Assembly: GCF_033153115.1 (NCBI RefSeq)
Contig: NW_026889764.1
Coordinates: forward strand, 10,230,001-10,294,000
Length of the DNA: 64,000 nt
DNA from: Saccostrea echinata
Taxonomy: Eukaryota
Direction: 5' to 3'
Shown here: piece by piece, positions 23,945 through 38,062 of the stretch
How positions within the stretch are numbered: the first letter of the stretch is position 1
Layout of the letters: each line of letters opens with the position of its first letter
Program-made: the position numbers and the translations under genes
The notes under the pieces: model-generated
Database searches by the model: none
Told to the model about the DNA's origin: nothing
What the model saw: only the letters and a program-made list of their open reading frames with translations

Positions 23945-26900
23945 CGCTCCAGAGTATTGTGTATAGATGACGCCCTGTGCATTTGTCTGTTCATTTGTCA
24001 GCAGACTTGATGACAAAGTCTGGGCTGTATCAAACAAAACAAGGAAAGGTTTACAGTACATGTATCAACATGATCAATGCAATGAAAGTTAATGCATACA
24101 TAAACATGATAAAGCTTTTGTTTGCTTAAGTACCATACGTTTTTTAAAGAGCACATTTTTGTAAACTGGGGGGAAAAAAAGAAACTACTGAGCTATTTTC
24201 ATCCAAAAAATTTTTGCCTGATATACAAGTTTGCACCTGGCATTCATATTGTGCCAATAAATCTTCATACAAAACTTCAAAGAATTTCAAAAAATAATGG
24301 AAAGAAATTCAATTTCTTCACTGCTTTTCGTTCAATATTTTACACAATATACTCATTACTTCAGTCTCCTTATGATTTATTCCCCCTGTAGGTACATGTA
24401 AAACTTATATCGTTCTATAAATTAAATTCATTAGTGAAGAAATTAACTTGTATAATTTGTTGATTGTTTGCAAGTGTTTTCTCACACGGAAGAAAAATAT
24501 TACAGGTACATGTCCACTTACTATTACTGTTGAATGGAATAAACTTCTGCATCTCTCACATCTAAAGTTTCTCATTATTTTAAACATATAAACTTTAACC
24601 TTGCATTTCAATTGTTTAGTAAAACTTACAGAATGTCTCTTCCCCCAGTTCATCAATGGTTCCCTCGGCTCCCAGAGCTGGGCCACCTTTTTCTCCTTTG
24701 GAGGACTGAAATACATGAACATGCACCTGATATTATGACCATTCCAACATGAGTGTTGGTACAAGTGGCAATTTGGACAAATTGCAAACTTGCTTTAGTA
24801 AGGGGCATGATTGCAACAAGTTACATTTCCAAATAACTTGCTTAAATATGTCATTAATTGGGAGTATCTGTCCTTGACTTCTGTTTTCTTCAGTACCTAA
24901 TTCAGATATATCATTCTACTTTATTATTCATTGTTTTAAATCTACTGGTATCTGAACAGCTTTATTCATAATGTACCTGGAATTTATACCCTATAGAAAA
25001 TGTTTCAGACACTAACATTTATTCTTTCTTATAGTTTCACAAAGTTGAAATAAAACAAATTTTAACTCACTGCAGTAGCCCATCAAGCTATTGATTCAGA
25101 AGTTCATTTTAAAGAGCTAGGTTCACTTTATGCATAAAATGGCCCTGTAGGTATACCAATTTATTGACTCACACGTTATGTTCCAGTTTAGACATCAAGA
25201 TAAAGTAGAGACTTGGTGCTTTCATTTCCTATTAAAATTTTTCTCCTTAAAGTCCAGGTCTTGGAAAACATGCTTTATGGAATTGCAATGTTCTTGGATT
25301 TTAAGGAAAACAGGTATATTTAAGTACTTTCAGAGAAGAAAATTAATATGAGCGCACCCTCTGATAAAAAAAATAAAACATGTTTTGTAATCCTCAGAAA
25401 CGGTTCTATCAGTAAATAATTGCATATTTTAGATCAGAGATTGCGCTCTATATTAAATACCGAAAAATAGCTTTAAAAATTGGCTGTTTTTGTAGAATTG
25501 TTCTGGACATGGGGAAAATGATGCATTTCATGACGTCATAATGAATTTAGTAGCCAGAAAATAACGTCATTTTTGGTAGATTTGCAATCGCCAAATGTCT
25601 AAATGAAATTTAATGCATTGTCAACTAAAACTAAGCAGTTCCAGTTTTTCAGAAATTCACAGGGCCAATAAAGGCCCTAAGTGAACCTTGTTCTTTACTA
25701 ACCCACACCAAATTTTGGTAGTCTTGGGCTTTTGAAGACTGGAAAAGTGGGGGGGGGGAATTAATTTGCTGTTTTAACATCTGCTTTCTCAGTAATGAAA
25801 GAAGAACATGGATCATTTTCAAAGAATGAAAACGGGGAACATTTTCAGAGAAAAATCATTACATGCCAAACAACATGTCACAAATTCTCAAATCTACAAC
25901 CACGTACTGAGAAAATAAACTTCAACACCCTGAAAAAGTGAGCCTTTTAACAGAAATTGAAACATGACATGTATTAAAAGCCTTTCTGTAAATCTAACCT
26001 CTCTATATTTTTGTAGATATTGCTTCAGTGGTTCCACATAACTATCAAACCCCAATGTGGACATTGCAAACAGGATATCCTCTCCATTAATAGTTTTCCT
26101 TTTCTCCTGGTGGCATCGTTCACTCGCTCTGGGTAATGTGTTAAGAAAACTTCTACAGTGATGACACAAGAAGTGCACTTTAATACATCTAGTTTTTGAT
26201 GTGTTGTTTTTTTTTATTATTATTTCGATGTAACTTACTTATCACACATTAACCCCCCCCCCCCCCCCTGAAATTTTTTTTTAAAAAACGAAAAACAAAT
26301 AAATTTTTTTGCACAGATGTTGAAAAACTTTTTTAAAAATCCCTGATGTATTAATGCTAACTTCACACTTTCATTCTGCAACAATACATTTTCAACTATG
26401 TATATATGTCACGCTCTGCTATGTTTAATAAAATTTCCATCTTAGGTAATGATTTTTTCATATTATGCTCCATGTGGTATTTCAAAATTTGCTTGATTTT
26501 TTATTTTAATCTTTATTTTCTGTTAGAAAATTGTGACAATTACAGAAAAAGTCTATTTTAGAAAGCATAAGGCAATTTTCCTTTCAAGCAACCTGAATTC
26601 TTGAGCAAGATAAATATGGTAACATTTATAGAAGGATACTCGCTAGTGATGAAGCTAATAAATTCGGATACACACTCCTGTACAGTTTCTTTAGCGTCTT
26701 TTGCTATCTGAAAAAAAAACCCACAAGATACGTGTATCTCTAAAACATATTAATTTCTATGTGATTTTTCACTACTTTAAGTGTATTCTATAAAATTTGT
26801 TACTTTTGTAAAGATTCTAATATATTTCCCGACTTACTTTTCCTGTTTTTGGTATAGATTTCTTCATAATTCTGGCAACATTTGCAATGGGTAAAAATCG

Positions 26901-29412
26901 ATCCTGCAGTAAAAAGAGAAGACATTTTGATATTTGGCAAAAAAAGTATGTCAAAGTAAAAATGTAATGTCATTATGTGTTTGAATGGTCACTAAATGAT
27001 AAATGATACTGAAAATAAATTAATGTTCTAGCGAGAAGCATTCCTTCATAATTTCTTGTTATCATTATTTAAAGTGTAATTAATCCATATTTGGACAAAT
27101 GAAGTGAGTGAGAATATAATGAAGGTTAGGTTTGATTGTGCAGATGGTCTCTTATTAATTTAAGTAAATTCATCATGAAATGCAAAGGGATTGTCTCTCC
27201 TGACTTAGGACATGTATGCATACTAGCTTATTATTTTACGTTTAATTTTTTTTTAGCAGATTTGTACTTATTCTCTCAGTTTGCTCATTTACAATGTTTA
27301 CCTCCCCTTGATTTCATAACTACATGCATTAACAGACCTGTTCTCTTAGAGGCTCATTATCTCCCCTGTTATCATCATCATTCTCGGTGGCTCCTAATTC
27401 CTCTCCATCTCCACCACCTACAGACAAAGCAATTCATCACAATTATCTACAACATATAACTGTGTCAATGATATATCTGATATAACAAAATTTCATCACA
27501 ATTCAAGATTTAACAAATGTTACAGAACAAACCAGGATTCAACCCCAAGTGGATTCCATCTGAGGCCAAAAAAATAATAGTCTTGTTTCCTGCTACCCGA
27601 CCTACCCTATTTTTTTGCACCCGACCCTAAAGTTTTTTTTTTAGTTTTGGAAAAAAAATTGTGGATTTCAGGAATTTCATGTTCCAAAACTGAAAAAAAT
27701 ATATATTCAAGTGGTATTTCATGAAATTCTATGTTTTAAATATGGACTTTCATAAAATACCACTTGAGTTGTGCATCAAAAGACATGAAATTTAATTTTA
27801 AAAGATAATATTGACCTATGACATGTTTAATTTGGTTTTGTATTAGTTCATATCCAAAAAATACCGTTGGAAAAAAATAAAATAAAACAAAAAAATAAAA
27901 TAATTTTCCTACCTACCTATCCTATTTTTTTCAGGCTGGTAGCAGGAAACAAGACTATTATTTTTTTGGGCCTGATGTAACAACCACACCAACACCAATC
28001 TTATAATTTTGACATTTATACTGATACAATGCAAAACAAATTAACATACATGGTAACAAAAGAAAAAAAAAAAATGAAAATCTTATGTTCTTTATATACA
28101 GACACCATCTGATTCAGCTGTACTCCTAAACACAAAGACCCCCTAAGGTCTTTACATTGTATCTATGCCAAAAGGAAACCAAATCAGTTCAATAAAATGA
28201 ATTGGTGTTAACTATAATGATTTACCCTCTTCCAAAGATTAGTGACAGATCTAAACAATATTTTGATTGGTAGTTATATACATCATATGCAGACTGTTTC
28301 TCCATGAAAAGAATGGTTTCTCTGTGTTACCATTTACCAGACATTTGTACCAAATTACAACGAACCATCAAAACCATTGTTTGAAAAACTGGGATGGCTA
28401 AATGTGTTTGAATTAGTCACGTTACATAAGTGTATTTTATTGTACAAAACTTTTTATGGTATGAGCCCTGAATACCTCCAGGACCTTTTTGTTTTTCATA
28501 GCCATGACTCATATTCCCTGCGTTCAGAATTAAATTATAATCTTCGTTTACCAAAACATCGAACAATTCTATTTACAAATTCGATTCAATATTCAGGTGT
28601 ACATTTATGGAATAACCTACCATTAAATGTAAATTTGTCACCATCTTTACATATTTTTAGAAGAAATGTGGAAAAAATTATTATTAGCCAACGTCTGTAA
28701 ATATATGTTTGTATATTTCCTTTGTACATATTGTATGATTATTACTATTGTTTTTAAACTATGTCTCCTGAACTATAAATATTGACTTATCTATTTTGAG
28801 CCTATATTTCATTAAGTTGAATATTACATTTAATTATTCATGAATTAATGAACTTATCATTACATGTTTTATCTTTGATTGTATCATTTTATGTAATATA
28901 TTGTTTGTTATTTAGAAGGCCCCGGGGAAGAATAGTACCTTGTACTAATCGGGTTACCTTCTCTAAATAAAGCATTATTATTATTATTATTATTATAACA
29001 TCATACTTTTGTTGCAAACATTGCATTTCATTTCCAGAATTTTGCATTGCATTTCCAACAATTTTTATTTTCATTTCCGAAGTTTTTTATTTTCATTTCT
29101 GACATTTATTTTTTTTACTTTTCCGGAATTTTTAGAGGTACCTTTCCGGCAATTTAAATACGGAAATAAAATTTTAACAGGATATAAATATTACACTTAT
29201 TTCAAAACCTTGACTCATTTAAAAAAAAATATCATATGATAAATGTTGGAGATGAAAACTACAAAATGTCGGAAATGAAAAGTTCAATATTTTGAAAAAT
29301 TTCGGAAATGAAATGCAACCATTGCAAACTACTTACCTTCCATAACAAATTGACTCCCCATGAAAGAATCCCCCATTCCATCACCAACCCCATCTCCTGA
29401 GTTACTGTCCAT
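23945..29412 (-). CDS. NFYB: Nuclear transcription factor Y subunit beta (final exon/stop not located)
   Basis: Exons 29412-29337, 27417-27338, 26903-26838, 26707-26640, 26128-25999, 24705-24630 and 24024-23945, all phase-consistent. Histone fold: [91 protein letters not shown]. Confidence 0.96.
26129..26639 (-). other. U12-type (minor spliceosome) GT-AG intron in NFYB
   Basis: 5' splice site GTATCCTTC. Branch-point TTTCTTAAC lies about 11 nt upstream of the exon, with no polypyrimidine tract. Confidence 0.85.
27564..27972. mobile_element. MITE with GGCC termini and 3-bp TSD (Zator/Harbinger-like)
   Basis: About 30-bp TIRs GGCCAAAAAAATAATAGTCTTGTTTCCTGCTACC, with TGA duplicated on both sides. 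A degraded relative lies near 16720-17030. Confidence 0.8.
28360..28996 (+). mobile_element. 5'-truncated CR1/L2-group LINE 3' end
   Basis: ORF2 C-terminal motifs LFEKLGWL...[13 protein letters not shown]...FRR, then a 3' UTR, AATAAA and an (ATT)n tail. Confidence 0.8.
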
Positions 29413-30599
29413 AGCCACCTGTAAGTAAACAAATTATTTATATTTTCAGGTTTGAAAATTTCTTCAGACATTAAAATAGCATTCTACCTTGTTCAATGTT
29501 TTTGTCGTCTAACCTGTACAACAAAGTACCAGTAACTTAGGCCTTATACGCCAACACTGCAGAGATCAGTTATTTCTAAAACTGATAATAAATCCTAGCT
29601 TTTCTTAACTACCTTCTTGGGAGGTTCTAGCAAACTCAAAATAGAAACTTGAAATGTGTTACTCAAGCATCCATGATAACCGTCTTTTCACAAACATTGA
29701 AATAATTTATTATCTAAATGACACTTCATTGAATGCAACCTAGAGTACAGTTACAGAAGAGACAATTAATCAACTTTGCCTAGAAAATACTTTTAGTTTA
29801 ATTGATGGGAAGCAACTCCATTTTGTACAAAATTTTAACATCTTGTGTTCAGTGATATTAAGTTTTTCTGACCTTCCCAAAAGGGTTCCAGAAGATGTGA
29901 CTGTTAGCAACTGTTACAAAACAGTACCACTCAGGAATATTTTAAAATGTGTTCTCAGAAGCAACGATCTCTTAAAATTATTGTATTTTCCACACAGTGT
30001 TGAAATTACAGTGAACAACAGCTTTCAAAAATTAGCACACTTATGACATTGCCAATCTGAAGCCTACTCGAGTTTTATAAATTTTCTGAATCGAGACCCC
30101 ATGCCCTAATGCCGCACTGCCTTCCTATTGATTGATCGATTCAGCAAAATAAACAAAATGGTTCTGTAATCTTCTTCCGTGTTTTATCATGGCTGCAGCG
30201 TTAGCTCACTTATCTTTTATAAAAGATAAACTTGTAGAGGAAGTAAAACAAGGCTGAAAGGAAAATAAGCATAAAACAAAGAATTGACTAATGGACATGA
30301 TAGTTATCATTCTATAGAACTGCTTAATCTCTGTGATAACATAGATGACACATCAAAATTTACGGATTTTCTGACACAAGCAGTTGAAAATAAATATAGG
30401 TTTTTGATCTACCTGCTATGACCTAAATATTTCAATGAAAAGCTAGAACTGCGAGTGTAAAAAAGTTAGCACATTGTCAGAGCTAAAGGAATAAACAAGA
30501 CACAATTGGAATAAATATTTACCGGTTAACTCTCTCCAATTTCACCTGATCGCCAGAAAAACATATCTTTCATATATTTGGACAGAATCGAAAACAGAG

Positions 30600-31308
30600 A
30601 AAAAAGATGGCGCCAGGTTTTTTTGCCGTTATAAAATTTAACACTCTATTGAATTCATTTTAATGACAATAAATGTTCTTTTTCATATTTACAAGAAATT
30701 AAACTTTCCACGTGCTGTCCAATTGGTCGTAAGATTACAATAACAAACCTATGTGATCGGGAAGAATTTGAGAAATTGGTTGGTCAACTATGAGCCAGTT
30801 AGAATCAAGGAACTTCCAGCCATTCAACGAATCGACCAGCCTTATAATCTGTTTACTCACGCCCTTGTAATTGTTATACAAATTTTATACTTTTTGCTAT
30901 ATTATTCTCTTTTCCAAATGCGTGTAAGAATTCACTATATAATTCATAAAATTAAATACCAATTAAGTCTGCTAATTTTCAAAGAAGGTATTTCTATTGT
31001 ATAAATTCAAAGACCTATTAGCAGTTTGCGTATGCAGGTTTAATAAATGGAAGAGCAGAATATGCATCCTATTTTCGGCAACCGACCAAAGAATCCTTTG
31101 TTTACTTAATTACGATGCTTGTATATATTAAAATGCGTAACTTTTGGTATGATATATTTTTTTTATTAAGAAATAATCATATAAATCCAAACCAGTTTCA
31201 ATAGGAATCTCGTGTATAAAAATGCCAAAATATCCATACGCGATGATGACGTATCACTCATACGGAAAGTCCCTTGCATGAGGTGCGTACACCAAAACAA
31301 AACTGGAA
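30600..31308. promoter_or_regulatory. Putative bidirectional promoter NFYB/UBL4A
   Basis: Lies between divergent genes (candidate NFYB 5' UTR donor near 30522). Contains CCAAT/ATTGG boxes (~30719-30726, ~30775), YY1-like AAGATGGCG (~30604), E-box CACGTG, CRE-like TGACGT (~31247) and kB-like GGAAAGTCCC (31264-31273). Confidence 0.55.
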
Positions 31309-34300
31309 ATGCACATTTACGTTAAAATTTTGAAAGGGAATGACTTTCAAGTTGCTGTAAGTTAAATATATATTTATCATGCAACTTACAATTAATACAA
31401 TTCCTCCCACAAACGGCCATTTCTTCTTATTTTACGTTTACTAGGCCTATGTTTACCGGTATAAAAAAAATTTCGTCCGAATTTTCTCGACAAAGAAAGA
31501 GAAGATTGTGTTCAGTCTCTGCTCTGCACGACAGAGTTGGCGAAAGAGGTAAAAAATCTATCGGACACAGTGTCCTACAGATGTCAAAAAATCACAAAAA
31601 CTACAGGACATGCTAAAAATTTGCCGGACCTAATGTAAAAAACAACAAAATATGTAAAACTGAATTTTATTTAAGATGCATGAATCAATTAACAATACTT
31701 GAATGGACTTTACCATAAATTTCGTACATGGCACACAAAACATCATATGCATATCGTCGTCATACCTTAGCCACTGTCTTTCATTAATCCACTGTGGATT
31801 AAACTTCTTACACTTTTTGTTAAAAATTCTTTTCTTTTGAGCTATCAGTATCAGCTTTCGGCACCGACTTTCTTTTTACCGACTCTGTCCATTTAATCGG
31901 CCACAGCATAGCACATGTTTACTTGCCGCCTCGATACCGGATATTAACGAACGTTACATAGAAACTAAAATTGAAATTTCCGGTATCATATTATTTTGAT
32001 TTCCCAAAATATTTAAATCGCCTGAATACTTTTAATATTTTCAATATTATCATCTAAAGAAGTTTTGAAAAATAATGCATTATTTCATTTCTTTAATTAT
32101 TTTACTATTGATTATTCTGAAAAATCTACCGGACACGGTGTCCGATGTGGTTCTAAAATCCATCGGACTTAGACAAAATTTACCAGAGATCGCCGGCGGG
32201 CCGGTACAAAATCCGGTGCCTTTCGCCAACTCTGGCACGATGAAATAGCCATGCATGTAAATACCATCTTTATAATCACAGGCACCTGGAACTTTATAAA
32301 TAATTTGAAATTAAAGCCCTGAACAAAAAAGGGTAGAATTCATTTATAAACTTTCAGGTGACTGTGTTATCAGAGACATAAATAATGTTATTTATGATGC
32401 ACACAATGCAGCTTCTTCCCAGGTGCTCCAGATACAAAGGAATAAGAAAACTGTACATTTAATTTCAATTAAAGTGCACATGTATTAAAGATCCTTTTTG
32501 ATTTTGAATGTGAAATATTTTGTATTTCAGGTGTCTTCAGGTCAGACTGTGCTGGGAGTGAAAGAAATACTGGCTATGCAAATTTCAATGCCAGTGGAGG
32601 AGCAGAAACTAGTCTTTAAAGGAAAAGCTCTAGCTGGTAAATCATCATCTTCGCAAGCAAGGGTTTAGGTCTGCTTCACTCCCTATAAACCCAAACCTTT
32701 GAATGATTTGCTACTCTGTGTTTTTGTACCAACTAATACATTATATCCTCACTTCATCTCTATTTTCGTGCATTGATAAACCTTTAATAACTTGCTTTAC
32801 ATAACTAACTTTACATAGTTCTTCTTTCTCTCTTTCATATATACCTCTATTTGTTTACAATGGATATTGGACTACAATTTAAAAAATGTTACCAGATTGG
32901 TTAAAATCCAGAGTTAAAATGTAATACGCCCAGAAGTTGTTGCTTTTGTCTGCCAAAGTTTAAGTGGCGTAATTTGCTGAAGGTTTTTTGGGGAGCAGAT
33001 CAAAAGCCCTTGGACAGTAAATGGTGGTATGTTCAAGGGGTACTTGGTAAAAGAATTTCTCACGTAGCTTCTTGAGATATTGCCCAGAAACAGAAGTGTT
33101 ACACACAGACAGAATGTATGAATATACGACCTTGATCTTTGACCTTTTGACCTCAAAATCAGTAGGGATCTTCCTTAGGCCATAGGGAGTTGTGGTATAA
33201 AATTTCATTACAAAAGCTCAAAGGCTTCTCGAGATATCTTGCAGAAACAAAAGTGTTAAAACAGACAAAATTTATGGATTTATGACCTTGACCTTTTGAC
33301 CTCAAAATCAATAGGGGTCTTCTATAGGCCATCGGAGTTGTTATGTAAAATTTCATTGCAAAAGCTCAAAGTTTTTTCGAGATATCGCTTGGAAACTAAA
33401 GTGTTACAGACGGACAGAAATACAGTCAGATGGACAGACAGACTGACCGAAATTAATATCCCCAACTTTCAATGAAAGCGGGGACAATAAACACATGTTA
33501 CTCAAATCATAGAGCTGCCAATCCCTACAATTTTGGTATAAGGCTTACAGTTCGAGCATCTAAAAATATGCCCCATGATTTCTCTATTCTTCCAATTTTA
33601 GTTTTTCTTCATGAAAGTCTGAAATACTGGAATTTTCATAGCTATGACAGAATTGTCTAAATTTTTAAATCATTATCAGACATTTGGTCTGACAAAGTCA
33701 AATGTTCTGTAGGACCAGTCAAAGTTTTGTCATACCAGATACATGTACCTTATTTTGACGCTGTGAAAGTTATATGAATAACAGCACCAAAGTGCCCTGG
33801 ATTATTTTCAGCAGCCTTCAATTTTACAAGTTTCCTTCCTTGGGATAGAAAGTCTTTAATAAAAGACATAAATGACTTGTTTTATGAGTTTGCTATAACA
33901 AATTTAATTGGCTATCGTCAACACGCCGCGTACGCGGCCATTTTTCCTGTGTTTGTGACCTTCAGCTGCGCATCCCGATCCCGACCTTTATTAAATTTGC
34001 ATCACGCTCGATTTTTTCAAATGGTCATCTGGACCGACGTTTTCTTAATTAAAAGTTGTCAGTCCAGACAAATTTTTACCGGCCTTGCCGACAGGACCGA
34101 CGGATTTCGACAAGTCTGTATGATCCTTCATTTTTCAGTATTATAATAAAAGTCATAGTCCTTAAAGACAGTGCTTGCCTGTATTGTTCCCTTGCTAATT
34201 TGCTATCTAAATCATTTTAAAGTAAACAATATGAAAAAAATAAGGCCCTGAACCCCTTCCTGATGATTTTTAATTTCATAATGTTGACATCTCTTAAATC

Positions 34301-36390
34301 ATATGAATACAACATATTCTGACAAGTTTGAAGTTCTTAATCAGCTTTTCCAATTTCTGGACTTTCACCATTTCTTCCTTTTATTGACCTTGTTGTATAA
34401 ATTAAATTTTTTCTGGTATTCATCATGACCCAATGGGAGAAGATTGTTTTGTGAGCATTTCCTCATTATTTCCTTTAGAAATAAGCTTCTTAAACATGCT
34501 AAACAATTTTATTTACACAAAGTGTAAAAAGCTTTTTTTAACTTTTAGCTCACACCTTGTAGAACACTGCACATACATCATTCTCTTTCATATAATTTAA
34601 GTTTTTTCAAACTTCTTTATCCCAAACTCAATTGCATCGAGAGAAAAAAAACCCCAGAGATATTTGAAGATTCAACATGTTCAATATATTGAGTGTAAAA
34701 TACATAAAGAGAAAGTGGTTGGGACTTCCAACTCAATTCAACATATCCATGTAATAGATATCAATATTCAAAATACAGAAATTTACCTGTAATTCTAATA
34801 AGTAATTAATTCTAATAAGTAATTTTTCCTAACATATTGATATTATATATTACAGATGACAAAAGGCTGAGTTACTACAATATCAAAGAGGGAGACAGGT
34901 TATTCCTATTTAGCAAAAAACCCGAGAAAACTGGCTCTCCTTCACTGGGGAATGTTCCAAAATTTGCTGCAGACCTCTCCTATTGCAGTACCACTGTTCT
35001 CTGGGACAAACTAAGAGTATTCTTACAGAGGCATTTCACACCACAGGATGTGGAAAAAGTCCTCATTGAATTTCAGAAAGTAAGTGTCGAAGGGTTAGCT
35101 ATCATTAATTCTTTGAGCTGAATGCAATGCATGCAAATTCTGGGTAAGAGACTACCAGTAGTTTATTAAGATTTTATATGCTGTAGAAATTGGACCACTG
35201 TCACATATGAAGAAAATAAAATAAACCAGCTCTTCTTAGGGCAACTCTTTTTCTTGATTTATTATTTTACACCATTTTGACCCAACTGCACCAATTACTG
35301 TGGAATCATTTTAATTCGTGGGGGGTCAATGTTCATGGACAAGCAAAATTTTACTTGTTCGAGGGGACGTAATTTCGTGGGTTACTCGTTTATACGGTAG
35401 ATTCAATTAATCAATATGTTTACAAAATAAACGTTCGTGGGGATGTAAATTCGTGGGTAAGGGTAACGAAATCCACGAACATTGGTCCCCCACGAACAAT
35501 GATGATTCCACAGTACTCTCACAACGCTATGTTCTCCACTCTCCAAAGTTACCTTTGCTTTCAAGATACAGAAAATACACAGGTATTTGTGGGCAGGACC
35601 CTTCCCTCCTCCCAGATATAAAACCCCACGACTAGTTCAACTTTTTCCCCACAAATTATATCAATCACACTTATTTATCATGTATACCATATTAAAAAAT
35701 ATTGAGAATAATCCTAAATGACCATTCCATACAAAAAATACCCCACCATACATAATAAGAGAGAAAGGTATGCCACACCGGTTTGTTTACATCACATGCA
35801 CCCACTGCCTTTCTTATTATGTACAGTGGAGTATTTTTTTTTGTATTGATTAGTTGTTTAGGTTATTTTTCTCCATATTTTTCTTATGGTATACATGATT
35901 AATAAGTCTGATAAATATAATATGTGAAAAAAGTTGAACTAGCCCTAGGGTGTATATTGAAGGGGTGGAGGGGTGGAGGTTCTGTCCACAAGTACCTGTG
36001 AGAAATATATAAAATTTTGCAATTTTTCTGTTAATGGCGAAAATCACAACAGCGTTTATTGCACTTGGAGAAAATTAGGGTTGCAGCGTTTCACTTAACT
36101 CTTCAATAGTGTGATAATCTTGTACCTTTTACCGGTACATGTATAAAAATTAAGATATGCATGATAATTAACAGTGTAAAAAAGTTTATCAGGATTTTTC
36201 AATTAAAATGTAATCATGGTATAAAATAGATGTTATACAGTTCTGGTCAATTTAGAGTAAAATGGTTTAGAAATGTATGTATGGTTTCCAGAATTTCAAC
36301 TCCAGCCTACAGAGGCTAAGCCTAGATGACATTGAGCGACTTGCTATTACCAAACTCAGACAGACAAATGGAGCACAAGAAGTTAGCTAG
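31309..36390 (+). CDS. UBL4A: Ubiquitin-like protein 4A (Get5/BAG6 complex), 158 aa
   Basis: Exons 31309-31356, 32531-32636, 34856-35079 and 36292-36390. UBL domain (MHIYVKILKG...[31 protein letters not shown]) plus the C-terminal motif LWDKLRVFLQRHF...LQRLSLDDIERLA. Confidence 0.92.
31532..32234. mobile_element. Non-autonomous DNA transposon with 6-bp TSD
   Basis: TIRs CAGAGTTGGCGAAAG / CTTTCGCCAACTCTG, with GCACGA directly repeated on both flanks. Confidence 0.82.
33070..33490 (-). mobile_element. HINE-like element (same family as 21150-22990)
   Basis: Shared units TTTTGACCTCAAAATCA...GGCCATAGGGAGTTG, a GACA microsatellite and the terminus AAATTAATATCCC...GCGGGGACAATAA. Confidence 0.7.
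35298..35513. mobile_element. Tc1/mariner-type MITE
   Basis: TA|CTGTGGAATCAT ... ATGATTCCACAG|TA. Confidence 0.82.
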
Positions 36391-37792
36391 CAGTGTAGTG
36401 CACAGTGGCTTTAAACTACATTTTATCTGTGATTCCTGAATAATCAATATGTATCATTTTGTCTGACATTGCATAATTTATGAACATCATCAGTGTATAC
36501 ATTGTAATAGGAATGATTTTTATTCAACCTCCTTTTATGGATGAATTATTTTAAATTCATTATAATATTTATGGGTTGTTTAATTTGGCATTTAGATAGC
36601 TAAGCTGGCATGTTCAATTTGTTGTTTTTAATCAAATGCATTATCTTGTCACCTATTTATTTACCCACACATGTGATTTTATGTAATTCTTTATTGAAAT
36701 CATAAGTTTTCCTTATGCATTTTGGATCTGCATTATGCATTTTATAATGGGCATATTGATTTTTTTAAGAGTGTTCACAAAATGTAACTTATTTTAATCA
36801 ATACAGCTCATGAAAGTAATTTATTTTTCATTGTAGATATGTGGTATGTCTTAAGCCACAACTACCGGTACATTTAGCTTGTCTAATGCAGAAATAAATT
36901 ACACATGTACCTACAGAATTATTTTTTTATAATATTATTTGAATACATCAATTTGGAAATATTGCCTACACTGTTAAAGGTTTCTAGCTCTATTCCCCTG
37001 ATGATTAAAGCAGTGCATGTATGTTATGATCTTTTTTCTTCTTAGATATACCTGCCAATACCTAATAAAAATGATGTTCCAGTCAAAATGGGTATTGATT
37101 GTGATTCACAGGATCGAAGCATAAGGCTTAAGTGATTGGTAGATTAAAGTAATTTTCTGTATTTCCCTAATTTCATGAATTTTTGCTATTTTTTAAATGT
37201 GTTTTTCTTTGCAATTGAGTATATCTCTGATTTTCTTGCAAAAAATCTGATTTTGCTGCAAAAAAGGGGGAGGATAAAATAAATTTGTAACCTTCCAGTA
37301 ATCTTCATGTTTGCTGTCATTTCTAGATGAAATCAATATTGAAAATATACACGGAAAAGATTAATATATTATGTATGGAGCTACTGCATGTGCTTAAATT
37401 TGGACTAGATTTTTTTAACAGAGTGTAACTCCAACCCAAAATTGATCATTGTGTAAAGGGGAATAATTTTGTGTTCTTTTTAAAAAAAAAAAAGATTTAT
37501 TCCCCTTTTCACTCAAGTTTATAAATAATGTTTTGTTTTTGTTTTTCTTTTTAAAAATCATTAATTTGAAATAGCAAATAATATAATAAAACATTTTTAT
37601 TTACATCCTTTATTCGATTAAACTTTGATTTATCTTGATTCAGGTAATACGCATCGTGACTGTTCGAAATGGAAATAAATGAGTATGAGTTGTTTCATAT
37701 AGAATAAGTTAAAGTACGAACTACCAAACACCCGTCACTCCAAAATCACAGGATTGATAATTTTTTGCACATATTTTATCAAAAAACTGTCA

Positions 37793-38029
37793 ATGAGGAG
37801 CAACTTTCCTTCAAGCACGACAATTACGGAAACTGTTGGTGTAGCAGAGTTTATTTCAATAATCTGGGGCGTTTTAGTTGACGCATATCTCTCTATTCAA
37901 CACGAACAGTATGATGTTCAGAGCAAGTTGTTAGTTTTCCTAATAGTCTGGCTGATTTTGAATCTGCTTCTGATTACTATTGCCTGGAGATATTACGGAG
38001 AGAGGATTTTTGAGAAACTTTATCGTTAG
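37793..38029 (+). CDS. TCTA: TCTA-like small membrane protein (78 aa)
   Basis: KLLVFLIVWLILNLLLITIAWRYYGERIFEKLYR resembles the TCTA core as I recall it ([24 protein letters not shown]..LYHR). A GTAAGT donor begins 1 nt after the stop. Confidence 0.72.
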   Translation: MRSNFPSSTTITETVGVAEFISIIWGVLVDAYLSIQHEQYDVQSKLLVFLIVWLILNLLLITIAWRYYGERIFEKLYR

Positions 38030-38062
38030 AGTAAGTATGTTAGAGGAAATGAAAATTCCAAT

